A DNA stretch of 62,860 nt, counting the filler, from Basidiobolus ranarum (lineage: Eukaryota), in the NCBI GenBank assembly GCA_040143965.1. It is 53 parts of 53 records of this genome, joined end to end, with 100 filler letters (N's around TTAATTAATTAA, not from the genome) between each part and the next. Parts side by side here need not be neighbours in the genome. Positions count along the whole stretch, not along the records: positions 48,759 to 49,842 come from JASJQH010013388.1; positions 49,943 to 51,026 come from JASJQH010013389.1; positions 51,127 to 52,210 come from JASJQH010013390.1; positions 52,311 to 53,394 come from JASJQH010013391.1; positions 53,495 to 54,578 come from JASJQH010013392.1; positions 54,679 to 55,762 come from JASJQH010013393.1; positions 55,863 to 56,945 come from JASJQH010013394.1; positions 57,046 to 58,128 come from JASJQH010013395.1; 45 more parts are not named here. The stretch is one strand, 5' to 3'. The notes below the pieces were generated by a model. It saw only the letters and a program-made list of their open reading frames with translations, was not told the DNA's origin and did no database searches. The translations under genes and the position numbers were made by a program. Positions 48,760 to 60,113 of this stretch are shown here, in pieces. Positions within the stretch are counted from its first letter, which is position 1, and each line of letters starts with the position of its first letter.

Positions 48760-49084
48760 GGTGATGACTTTGCCCAAGTTCCAATCCCCAAACTTACCCC
48801 ACCTGATTCCGAAATTGTCACCCAAATCTCAGTTCGTGCTACTGAATGGCCTGGAGCTACTGTTGCCAACGGCTCCATCTATTTCAAATACAATCCATCC
48901 ACTGGAGTTCTTTCTCATAGAACAACTGAAGGATTTCCCACAAATATGAGCGTGACCCAAGGTAAGATAATGATTATATTAATTCAATATAACTAGCAAC
49001 TAACCAGATTCTATTACTTTTACCGCACTTCAAAAAGATGACAATACCTCATTCATCTTTAGTTTGGACAGTATTCCCAGTTAA
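48760..49084 (+). CDS. DdCAD-1/CadA-like calcium-dependent cell-adhesion protein, C-terminal domain (exons 48760-48961 and 49038-49084)
   Basis: Spliced translation [96 protein letters not shown] intron; closely resembles my recollection of the Dictyostelium CadA C-terminus. Confidence 0.82.
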
Positions 49085-49354
49085 GCTGCCTTACGAAAAA
49101 TAACTTACCTGTTAATGCTAAATTAATGGTAAATAAACATTACTCCCAATTCGTTTTAAGTTCCCTACAATTGCGAAAATTTATAATGGAATGTTTAACA
49201 TTGTTACTTCAGCGTAACTCGGCTCATACATTCAACTAGGGATTGAGACAAGTTGAGCAATAAATTCTTAACGCTAATTTATGGTATATAAAGAACACTG
49301 CTAGATATTGCATGGTTATGCGGGTATTATAGAGTCTTTTTAGAAATATAAGAG

Positions 49355-49840
49355 TTATACTCTAATTATGATCTCAGGTAAGCAAATGACTGCGTCCACC
49401 GTGATCCCAAGTATGCTGGCATTCGCCTTAATTGTCTCACAGATCTCACGTCGGTGGCTTTCATCACCACCGCTATTCAATACTCCTGGCAATAAGCCAC
49501 CCAAGCCACTGTTAGGGCGACCATGAATATCAACCCTAATCAGCCGGTCAAGGCACACAACAGCGTCAACATTGATTCTCAACAATTGACGAACTTTGAT
49601 AGCAATATCTTCGCAACGACCAGAATCTAAGTCAGAGGATTCTCCACCTCCATTGAGTGGACTATTGAGGTTGTCTGGGGGACTAGGAGCTCTAGATGTA
49701 TCACTTGGCAAACTGTCGGTATCTCCAGCTAGTGCCCCAGGTAATTTAGGAATGTTAGAACCATTTGGGATAGCATCACTTGCTGAGCCTCCTGATGAGC
49801 CGTTGGACTTACCGGAAGTAACACCATTTGGCTGGCCCTC
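49355..49840 (-). CDS. Hypothetical Gly/Ser/Pro-rich protein with two C-terminal Cys-paired repeats, 5' truncated
   Basis: Open from the contig edge; repeats CEDIAIKVRQLLRINVDAVVCL and CETIKANASILGITVDAVICL. Confidence 0.7.
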   Translation of the reverse strand, partial: EGQPNGVTSGKSNGSSGGSASDAIPNGSNIPKLPGALAGDTDSLPSDTSRAPSPPDNLNSPLNGGGESSDLDSGRCEDIAIKVRQLLRINVDAVVCLDRLIRVDIHGRPNSGLGGLLPGVLNSGGDESHRREICETIKANASILGITVDAVICLPEIIIRV

Positions 49841-49942
49841 AGNNNNNNNNNNNNNNNNNNNNNNNNNNNNNNNNNNNNNNNNNNNNTTAATTAATTAANN
49901 NNNNNNNNNNNNNNNNNNNNNNNNNNNNNNNNNNNNNNNNNN

Positions 49943-50550
49943 AAAAGTTTTTCTTCTGGGTAATAAACAATTATCTCCCAGAGCTATTCACAACTCCACT
50001 TTTCTAAAGTTCCTCCAAATAGCCCATATTTTCCCAATAGGTTATGAGTCCCATGTTCTAACCTTTACAGCATGACAGAAACCACCACTACCCCTTTTAA
50101 TAACTCATGTGTTGAAAAGCTTGATGGAGAAAATTACAATTTTCATAAGTTCAAGATGCAAATCAAGCTGGAAGACAGGGAGCTTTGGGATATAGTCTCT
50201 GGAGAAAAAAAGGGACCTTCTGACCCTTCTTTATTGGAAGCTTACAAGAAAAGAGACAAGAAGGCCTTTAATATCATATATCAAAGTTTAAAGGATTCAT
50301 AACTTGTGAATACTCAATATTCAAAGACTTCCCATCAAGCTTGGACTATATAGGAAGAGTGTTGGGAAGCAGAGAGTCTTGCAAATAGACTCTTTCTCAG
50401 ACAAAAATTCATCAGTATAAAGATGGAAAAGTCTGATAGCATGGTCACTCATTTTGCAAATAAGAGATCTTTGGCAAAACAGCTGGAAAATATTAGTGCA
50501 ACTTTGCAGTAAGAAGATATCATTATGACTCTTCTAAGTAGTCTACCAGA
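49943..50550 (+). mobile_element. Copia-B 5' LTR end (to 50039), PBS (50040-50051) and gag (from 50072)
   Basis: EKLDGENYNFHKFKMQIKLEDRELWDIVSGE..LLSSLP, with stops. Confidence 0.92.
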
Positions 50551-50830
50551 CACTAACAGATATTTGAGGATTGTTATGGTAGAAAAACTGGCACAGTTTT
50601 TATCCATTTGGGATTGACCATTTACTTACTGTCATAAAATCATCAACTTAGATTTGATTTTAATCAATTTTTTCAGTGTCAGGACTGAAATTTCAAGATC
50701 TTCCAAAATAGTTGGACATGATTGGCTACAATCTCAGAGAACTATGGATCAACACATGTGCAAAAAATGTAACTCAAATTTTACACAATTAACACTTGAA
50801 TGCTAATTTGTCACCTTCAAAATACATAGT
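50551..50830 (+). mobile_element. Family G element starting with CACTA, inserted in Copia gag
   Basis: gag homology stops at 50550 and the insert begins CACTAACAGA; matches 27438-27720. Confidence 0.65.
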
Positions 50831-51126
50831 CTCTTTGATATATTCCCCTGAATATTTTTATACAGTTCCTGATACCCAAGGTTTAGCTCATACCCAACAC
50901 AAGTTTGTATCACTATCTCCATCAAAGCCCACCATTGTATTAATGTTGCTGAATCAACATTCTTCCAGCTATCTGGTGGAAGCCCTGCAATATTGTGCCA
51001 CTCCGTATTAAGTTCTTCCCAGATGTNNNNNNNNNNNNNNNNNNNNNNNNNNNNNNNNNNNNNNNNNNNNTTAATTAATTAANNNNNNNNNNNNNNNNNN
51101 NNNNNNNNNNNNNNNNNNNNNNNNNN

Positions 51127-52209
51127 TCCCACTACCATGGCTGGTGACCTCTCCACACAGATTGCTACACGTTCATCTGGTCGAACACCAAGCTCAATCA
51201 GCTGATGTGCAAGACGGTTAGCACGTTCATTTAATTCACCATAACTTAACGTCTGATCTTCATATACGAGTGCAGCGGCTGTTGGGTCACGTAAAGCCTG
51301 GTCTTCAAAAAGCTGATGAATACATTGATGCTCTGGATATGGTGTTGCTGTTTCATTCCATGACCGAAGTAAGAGTTCGCGCTCATCCATAGGCAGCACT
51401 TCCAACTGATAAACCGGCATTTGTGGTGTATTCTCCAGTGCTTCAACTATACTCTGTAGTGTTTTTTGCATATAGTTATTCACACGAGTAGAGTCGAAAG
51501 GGTCTACATTCTGACTAGTAAGACCAAGTGCTGTCCCGAAATCATCAACGTCCATAGTCAAGGGGTAGGTAGTACGCTCTGGCAAGTACGAGAGCTCTAT
51601 TCCACAGATCTGGTTACTTCTATTCGACACGCTATTAGTGTGTCGGTAATTTAGCAGTGCGTTAAAAAGTGGTGCACCGGCTGGCACGCCGCTGCATCCT
51701 TGAGCTAATACTAGTGGTGCATGTTCATGCAGGAGAAGTTCAGCAAGATTGGCATGGATCTGACGCACACTATCCTGAACGCTACTACTACTTAAATCGA
51801 CACGCAACGGAAGCGTATTGATGAAAGGGCCTAATGTTTGGTCAGTTCTTTTGCCAGTCTGCATCCTCCCTACCAATATGGTGCCGAATACCACCTGTTG
51901 CTGATCGCTGATACATGCGAGAACACGACCCCAAGCCAGATGACACAAACATGCTACACTTACATTGAATTTCTTGGACTGAGCTCGCAGCCGTTCATTC
52001 AACTCCTGTGATAATATACAATGGGAAATGCTCACATTCAGATTATCTAAATGAACATCCGCTAGCCCAAAAGGTAATGTAGGTTCTTCGATATTACTTA
52101 ACATATCAGTGAAGAATTGCTTGTGTGACTCTAGATCGTCCATACAGATCTGTGCTATTAAATTACGGAACGGTTGAGCTGGAGGGAGAGCATCACCCCG
52201 ACCTTCCAT
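51127..52209 (-). CDS. Non-ribosomal peptide synthetase fragment (dual epimerisation/condensation-type C domain end and adenylation domain start)
   Basis: PFRNLIAQ, EPTLPFGL, VVFGTILVGRM, GPFINTLPLR, HEHAPLVLAQGCSGV, ALLNYRH, then the A1 motif LSYGELNERANRLAHQL; single open frame, no introns. Confidence 0.95.
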
Positions 52210-52719
52210 ANNNNNNNNNNNNNNNNNNNNNNNNNNNNNNNNNNNNNNNNNNNNTTAATTAATTAANNNNNNNNNNNNNNNNNNNNNNNNNNNNNNNNNN
52301 NNNNNNNNNNTAGTAACCCTTCTTTATTTTAGTTCCCATTTTCGAATAGCTTTCTACGATTGAAATTAGTATACGCCCACGCCCATGCCCACGGAAAGTA
52401 TTGGATACAAACAGAAATTTCGGGCTAGAAACTCTCCGTTAAACACTGTTTGAAATATTGCTTACCAAATTTTCACACTACCTCAAACCACTTGAGCTAA
52501 ACTCTAATGCACGTTGTTGATTAAGACTGTCAAAACCACCAAAGTAGTAAAGATAGCCCCAAGTCAGCAAATATGGAAGATAGCCGTAGCTGAAAATGGA
52601 CCTCAGCTGCGTAAATGTAATGTGATATGTGAGAAGAGATGCGACATGTGGCAAGAGATGTGATATGTGAGAAGAGATTCATTTCAATAGTAAACATTGT
52701 ATAAACCTTCATATAATGA

Positions 52720-53394
52720 TCAATAAAGAGAGTCCACCCCCGTTTCCACATTCGTAACTAAATAAGTTACCAGAAAAATTGAGCAAGACCTATGACTCTA
52801 TCGGAGGTAGTTTCTTAATACCGTTGGTAAACACCGAGCTCATAACAACCCGTTCTGATTTGTCAACGGATTGTACTGGTGGACTTTCAGTATCAAGTGG
52901 AATATCTCTTAAGAGCGGCTATCCAGAGAACCCAAAGTGCTTGAGGAATAATGCACTACTGTGAATACTCGTGAGCCCATCCAGAAACTGTTGGAACTTG
53001 GGACTTAATTTATTGTAAAGGAAATACGAATTGGACTACAACATGCTTTCCCTAGTTACTCATACCTCTTTCCTTTGCAGAATGGTGAATCGACTGGTTG
53101 TTCTTCGAAAGAGATATCAGTGTGCTAGGTACCCTTTAAGTATAACATACTGAGAATTTGTTTGGAAGTCGCAACTGCCGATGAAATTACAATTTGTGGA
53201 TAAGCATTTGGATCTCGAGCAGGAACGAATGAGTAGATATGAAGCTCGCCAAGTCGTCGGTCTAATGCCACCTGGTTATCGCTATCGAATTCTTGATCTC
53301 AAAAGAGTGCAACACTGCGTTCGTCAATCAAAGCTAAAAAATCATCAGTCAGCTTTGTCAACTGTGAGTTCGGTCCCGATAGATGACAATATTT
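52720..53394 (-). pseudogene. TauD-family (Fe/2-oxoglutarate dioxygenase) pseudogene
   Basis: SIGTEL, LALIDERSVALF*DQ, *HTDISFEEQP, YNKLSPKFQQFLDGLTSIHSS, with several stops and frameshifts. Confidence 0.75.
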
Positions 53395-53494
53395 NNNNNN
53401 NNNNNNNNNNNNNNNNNNNNNNNNNNNNNNNNNNNNNNTTAATTAATTAANNNNNNNNNNNNNNNNNNNNNNNNNNNNNNNNNNNNNNNNNNNN

Positions 53495-53885
53495 GCTTTT
53501 GAGATTGTCAACCTTCTCACCTAAAAAAACCCCCTTCAAATTGTAATTAATGCGAGGAACAATACAGACCCCCGTGAAGATTCCACACGTATTGGAAGAT
53601 CCGGTACTGTTCGTAGACAAGCTGTTGATGTTTCTCCTTTGAGAAGAGTCAACCAAGCTGTCCACCTTCTCACCACTGGTACTCGTGAGTCTGCTTTCAG
53701 AAATGTCAAGACTATTGCTGAATGCTTGGCTGATGAGCTTATCAACGCTGCTAAGGGCTCTGCCAACAGTTATGCCATCAAGAAGAAGGACGAATTGGAG
53801 CGTGTCGCTAAGAGTAAGTGGTTGATTTCAATTTTGAAAATGATCAAGTTGATACTAATTAAGCATCCGTTTAGGTAACCGTTAA
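53495..53885 (+). CDS. RPS5: 40S ribosomal protein S5 (uS7), 3' part; intron 53814-53874
   Basis: [67 protein letters not shown]; splicing restores the canonical KSNR* end; in-frame TAA at 53522-53524 near the contig edge. Confidence 0.92.
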
Positions 53886-54678
53886 TTTTACACTTATACT
53901 CTCTGTCGAGTTTCTCGTTACTTTTCGACCTTGGCGTCTCTGAAAATTTCGTTTCTTACTCGTATATGTAACCCTTTAAAATAAAATACTTTTCGGTTCA
54001 AGTTATTGTTCGTATCAATATATGGTAATCTTTTTACTTATGTTTTTCTTTCGGAATCTTATCAAATTTGGGTTCCAAGCGAGTCGGTATGTATTATTTG
54101 GTTTGCCTTTAGCGAAACAATGATAAAATACTAAATATTGGAGATTAGTGAATAATCTTGTGTCAGCGAGTCATTTGATGGATCCACACTGCTTCAAAGC
54201 ATTATATGTATTACTAACTTTAAGCCAGACTTGGCGATTGGTTAAATTTTGGTTTCCCAAAACTACAGCTGTATTGTTGTTTCGTCGAAGTTTGTCACTT
54301 TCTATAAGCAATTGACAAGACATAAACGTAAGCTGAACTCCTCATATGTTCAAGATTGATTCTTGTAGATCTGAGTTAAATAAATAATTAGCCATGAACT
54401 GCATGCATACTCGAGCCATACCCACTCACGCAACATCGAGGTATCCAGCAACGATTGACGAAGACTGATTTAAAACGGCAGGTATTCAAACCGAGTCAGT
54501 ACAAATTCTGATTGCTTCAACTTTGTTACATCTCAAAGGAGCCATGATTCATTCGAGTAAGAATTGCTCAGCCACTAGNNNNNNNNNNNNNNNNNNNNNN
54601 NNNNNNNNNNNNNNNNNNNNNNTTAATTAATTAANNNNNNNNNNNNNNNNNNNNNNNNNNNNNNNNNNNNNNNNNNNN

Positions 54679-54817
54679 CTACTATCTCCTCCCTTAATGG
54701 CATGGTAGACATGGAAAATTCAACATTATGGCCAGAAGGTGTGAAAAGTTTAATGTCGTCTGCATTGGCTAGAGAGGCTAACAATATGGTGTTGACGAGA
54801 GTGGCTTTGAAATACAT
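54679..54817 (-). CDS. Secreted protein, N-terminus
   Basis: Signal-peptide-like MYFKATLVNTILLASLANA-DD; TATAAAA about 75 bp upstream. Confidence 0.6.
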
Positions 54818-55862
54818 TTTTGGTTTGAGTAAATGATTGTTGAAGAAGTAACTGAAGTTGTGTTAAAATGTAATACTAACTAGCCCTTTTATACATTCGG
54901 AACTAAATATAGCAAGTGCGCAGTCTGATTGAGATAGCCTATATTAGGATTCGAGATTTGCTCTTTTTTAGATGATTGTGAGCTTAAAGTATTGAGGAGG
55001 ACTGTGTTGACAGAAAGATCACCTCATTTTAACACACTGTGGGGTTACTGTACCCAAACTGTAAGACCATATTGCAGTAAACGGTTCAGTAAAGGCAAAC
55101 AGATGATGACAAGGACGATGTCTTCATTTGGAAAAATTGAGTGAGAGGTTTCATTTGGAATTGCAAATCGCCATGTGGTTAATTTAATTGTGGTTGAATC
55201 TGACTAATGATACTGATCGCTATTGAATGTCTGAGTTTAAATGTGCAAATTGCTTGTGACGTCGATAGGTCAAATCATCTGTTACGAAAAAGTCAGTGTT
55301 AGCGTGTTTGATTGTTTCGTTTGGCATTTAATGAGAGGTGTATCAACAGATACGTTTCCAACGCATAATAATTTGGGCATCTCGTTTTCAACAATATGCT
55401 CAAGTTTTCACTGATATCTCACATATTACAACGCTTAGCAATAGCTGATTTGACTGTTCCAGTTACATTCGTAGTACTTGATGCTCTATGCTATGTAATT
55501 AAGATGCGGGTTCATTAGTCATACTCAATTTGAGCTCTGCTAGTAACAGAAAAAAACCACTTGAAACAAAAACATTCCAGTAGTATAGATGTGGAGTCAG
55601 ATACAGAACTGTTTTATTCAATTAGTCAAAAGAAATGGCAAACCAAAGATGTGAATGTCTGTTATTAGGATATTTGGAAGGATTAGTTAAGAGCATCAGA
55701 TTTGTGGTTCAAATCGACTAACAGCTTCCACAGTCATCACCACCACAATCATCATTCCATCCNNNNNNNNNNNNNNNNNNNNNNNNNNNNNNNNNNNNNN
55801 NNNNNNTTAATTAATTAANNNNNNNNNNNNNNNNNNNNNNNNNNNNNNNNNNNNNNNNNNNN

Positions 55863-56667
55863 GTTTCCAAGAAGGCATCTATCTTGCTATTCTAAGCTCT
55901 TGGAGATTGTTTTAAGCCATAGAGTGTTTTCCAGAGTCTGCAAGCTTTTTTAGCATTTTCTGGGTCCACAAATCCATCTGGCTGGTCCATATAGATCTCC
56001 TCAGCAAACTCACCATTCAAGAAGGCTGTTTTAACATCCATTTCATGTATAATAAGCTGATATTTTAGAGAAATTGCTAAAATCAAGCTAATTGAATTAA
56101 ACTTTGTTACAGGAGCAAAAGTTTCTATATAATCAGTTCATGGTGTTTGAGAATATCCTTTGGCTACTAGTCTAGCCTTGCACCTTTCTATATTGCCATC
56201 AGAGTTATTTTGACTTTAAACACCCATTCGCAGCCAATTGATTTTCAATCATCAGGTAAGTTGGTTAAAATCCAAGTTGGATCATCAATCAAAGCCTGGT
56301 ACTCATCATCCATTGCAGATCGCCAGAATTTTGTGTGAGAGCCATTCAGGGCCTCTTTTACAGTCAGGGGTTCCTATATTTGAACTGTGCTGGCATAGGC
56401 CCAATTTTCAGACTCATTGATATAGTAATCAGGGCTATTTCTGATCTGATTTGATCTCCTGGTTTGGGATAAAGGTACTACAACTGCTGGGATTGTATTG
56501 GGCACTTCAGTAGGCAAAATTTTGGTTGAAGGGTCCACAGGCATGCTATTCTCTTCATTGCTTTGGTTTGAATAAATTTAAATGATTGGACAGGAGAAGA
56601 TTGATTTTAGTCATCATCTGAGGTCATTTTGGGTGAATGTTTTTGATTTTCATTAAACAAAACATCC
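55863..56667 (-). mobile_element. Copia integrase tail to RT; LTR-E inserted at 56668-56945
   Basis: [33 protein letters not shown]. Confidence 0.92.
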
Positions 56668-57045
56668 TGTCACAATAAGGAACTGGACAAGGACTGGGAA
56701 CAACAACAAGAGGCTAGCAGGCAGGAGAGTACTTGGGTGTTGATCACAAGACAAGACAAGACTGGACAAGGAAGATACTTTAGCAAGAATCTTTATTGAT
56801 AACTGGTGTTGATCAGACTGAGGTCTGATCAAGAAATACATGGGGCTTATATAGATATTGCAAGGTGAAACATAATATACTGAATAGGGAATATACTGTG
56901 GCAAGTTTGAGAGTTGGGGTGTTGGGGACTACAAGAACCAATACANNNNNNNNNNNNNNNNNNNNNNNNNNNNNNNNNNNNNNNNNNNNTTAATTAATTA
57001 ANNNNNNNNNNNNNNNNNNNNNNNNNNNNNNNNNNNNNNNNNNNN

Positions 57046-57321
57046 TATAAATGTCAACTTTCTACTCAATAAATCAATAAGTGAAAACCACCAATTCCTC
57101 TAATTCTCCAAACCACTTCCAACAGGCTCCCAAATACTTTAACACTTAGAAGTTCTCAGATATATAGATATTTCAAACTTGTGCTAGAAGCCCCTAACTT
57201 TGCACACATGTTTCTAGAACCTTCCTCAGCACATTCTACACGTTAGTTTGCTTATATCTTGACAAACCTATAGCGTCAACTTTCTACTCATTAAATCAGT
57301 AAGTGAAAACCACCAATTTCT
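57046..57321 (+). repeat. LTR-C end (to 57144) abutting the middle of another LTR-C
   Basis: ..TACTTTAACA followed directly by internal LTR-C sequence CTTAGAAGTTCTCAG. Confidence 0.8.
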
Positions 57322-58228
57322 GAATAATTTTGCTGATGGGTACTTTTAATTTTCTATTAGGTACTTGCATAGTCATGAATCAAACAAGCACCTTGCAAAT
57401 GTTGAAGTTGGCCAAACTCCCATATTCATTTTAAAGCCCTAGCTACTTTGCCAACTTTGTTAGTACAACAGAAGTACTGACTAACTATTCTTCTAATCAT
57501 TACAAACACTTCCAATTCATCTCAATTCATCACACTAGTTATTTGTTATTGACTAGAGTACGTTGGAAACTGATTATATGATATAGAACCAATTATTCAA
57601 AATTTATGTTGAGCCCTCGGCCATAATTAACTTGATTGAAACAAGGTCCAATGAAGCAATTCTGATATATGAGAAGTCTAGATTAATAGCTGCTAAAAAT
57701 CTTGCCTCATATTCAATATGAAATCTGAGGTGTTAAAGTTTTACTTTTATAGCCAAATTATTCACTTTTTTTTATGCTACTTTAAACTTTAGACATGATA
57801 TTTCCTTTTGAACTTGCGCTCAAAAGGGAAAAGACCAGGGCAGATTGAAGGAACCTCACTCCACCGGGTAAAAAAGAAAGGGTATCTCGTCAGCTAACAG
57901 CAGTTAACCAACGAAAAAAGCAAACAATCCTGTGTTGTTACCGTAACACTAGACATTTGATACAGAGTAAGTTTTTGAACACCTTTTCTTTTGGCATTTT
58001 TGACTAATTTGTTTTTTTTGAAATTAGGTAAATAGCAACTCATTATTTAGTAGTTAGTTTATTCATATTCTGATTATTTAGTACTCAATTCTGTCATTCA
58101 AAAACGTGTGTTTATTGCTCTAATTGATNNNNNNNNNNNNNNNNNNNNNNNNNNNNNNNNNNNNNNNNNNNNTTAATTAATTAANNNNNNNNNNNNNNNN
58201 NNNNNNNNNNNNNNNNNNNNNNNNNNNN

Positions 58229-59311
58229 CTACATAATTGGGGGATTACAATCTCTTCACTTGCACAATTGCTGGAGAGGAACACATCTGGTAAATTGATG
58301 AATGCTTCATCATTACTTGAGTTAGTTTCTGGCATGTTAATGCCTTCCAAAGTGGATAGTGGATCACCAGACTGCTCATCAATTAAGTCCTCTGTTCTTG
58401 ATGGTTTTTTTCCTTTTGTGCCAGCAGTCTTTGGCTTGGAAGCCAATTTTGACTTAGACTTTCAATGCTTTTTAATGGCATTGAAATTTTCAGATGGTTA
58501 ACTTGGTGTAATGCAAATGCTTATAAACAGCTTATAATAAGCCAAAATTGCCATCCATTACCGGAAATGTCTTGGAAATCCCTTGATGACTCATCTGTGA
58601 CACCATCTCAGAATCAGCTGAAGATATTGATGGGCTATACCTAAAATATCACCCTTACATCAGAGGTGTTCTTTTTTCTACAATATCCTTCTGATGCCGC
58701 AACACAAACAATTCAAGAAGCCCTGCTATTATTGCCACCAATTCTTGTGCCACGAAAGCTTGAGGCTTTATAGAAAAAATAATCACAAGCATGGTCACTG
58801 TACAAAGCCACTAGCTGCACAAAGCCTGGTGTATAACAACAGTAATAAGTGCACTAAATAAACTTCAGTTTTGCCTACTGAGTCCACTGACTGTAGTTTG
58901 CCTCAAAGTTTTGGTAACACTGCCAAAAGTCAAGATACCATGGAGTTAGCACAGTTTTATGACCAGAATGATGTAGGTCAAAATGCAACTTTAGTTAAAC
59001 CATAAGTGGAGACAACTTTGAGGATGTGCTGCTAGATGTTGAACTTGTTCATTCCAGTACCAATGGTAGTATATCAGAAGTTATAGAAGAAGACAACAGT
59101 TTTGTTATGGACTGTATGTTATTGGCAAACATAAGTCCACTCATAATACTTACAGTAAAGGAAGCAGCTTTGATTATTGAGGAGTAGAGAGTTCAATCCA
59201 ATCTTGGCAACCCGGTGTTGATTGGTTTTCTTACACTTTTACAACAGTTGATTGGCAACTGTTGCTTGCCGAAGACCAGGTACAAGTGGGAAACACTTGT
59301 CAATTGTATGA
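58229..59311. mobile_element. EnSpm element: ORF2 (minus, ATG 58481) and transposase (plus, putative ATG 58694)
   Basis: MPQHKQFKKPCYYCHQFLC..NHKHGHC..; same head-to-head layout as the other copies. Confidence 0.8.
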
Positions 59312-60113
59312 NNNNNNNNNNNNNNNNNNNNNNNNNNNNNNNNNNNNNNNNNNNNTTAATTAATTAANNNNNNNNNNNNNNNNNNNNNNNNNNNNNNNNN
59401 NNNNNNNNNNNATGCATTGCAAACCACATATTAGATCCAAGAGAGAGGTACCACCCAATAATATACGATTGAAAGATGTAATGTTCGCTCTCCAGTTCTA
59501 TCGATACATACACTCGATACATTCATGAATTAGTTTTATTTGAAGGAGAATTCACAATTTTTTTAGTGATTGAAAAGTATGAGTACAGACTCTACATGTG
59601 CAATTATATTTCAATAGCTTATTACAGTGAGAGTTTGGAGCTTTACTTTCATCGTATCTATCCATGATATGCTATCTATGGTAAGCTGACCAGTCTAAGA
59701 GATCTATGAGGATATCACTCAAACATGTGATTCCCCTATTTGATACCATTCATGACACCAATTCACACTAGACCTGCTACAGGTACCAACCGGCACAAAT
59801 TCAATCTCTTTCCTAGATTTGCCTGACCGAGAGTCAGATCGTCGACCAACGCTATATTGATTTTCTAAATTCCTATTTTCATAGAAGATGCTGCTGATTT
59901 TCTACTATTTTTGGTAAACTTGTCACCTAGGACGATCAAGAAAATCCAAACCCAAATCCAATATAGATACTAACTATGAGCACATAATTAGAGACAGATC
60001 GACTTATCATAATCATATTGATAAATTTATTAAAATAAACATTGAATAGATCAATCGATCAACAACATTCAGCTTTACAGAGGACGAATACACCATATTT
60101 ATCTCATCAATGG

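Noticed and set aside
48761-48949. ORF-track 62-aa protein [10 protein letters not shown]..
   Set aside because: Wrong frame; the adjacent frame gives the CadA-like sequence with a consistent intron.
57800-57930. Possible snRNA (U5-like) on the minus strand
   Set aside because: The invariant loop GCCTTTTAC and a properly placed Sm site are absent.
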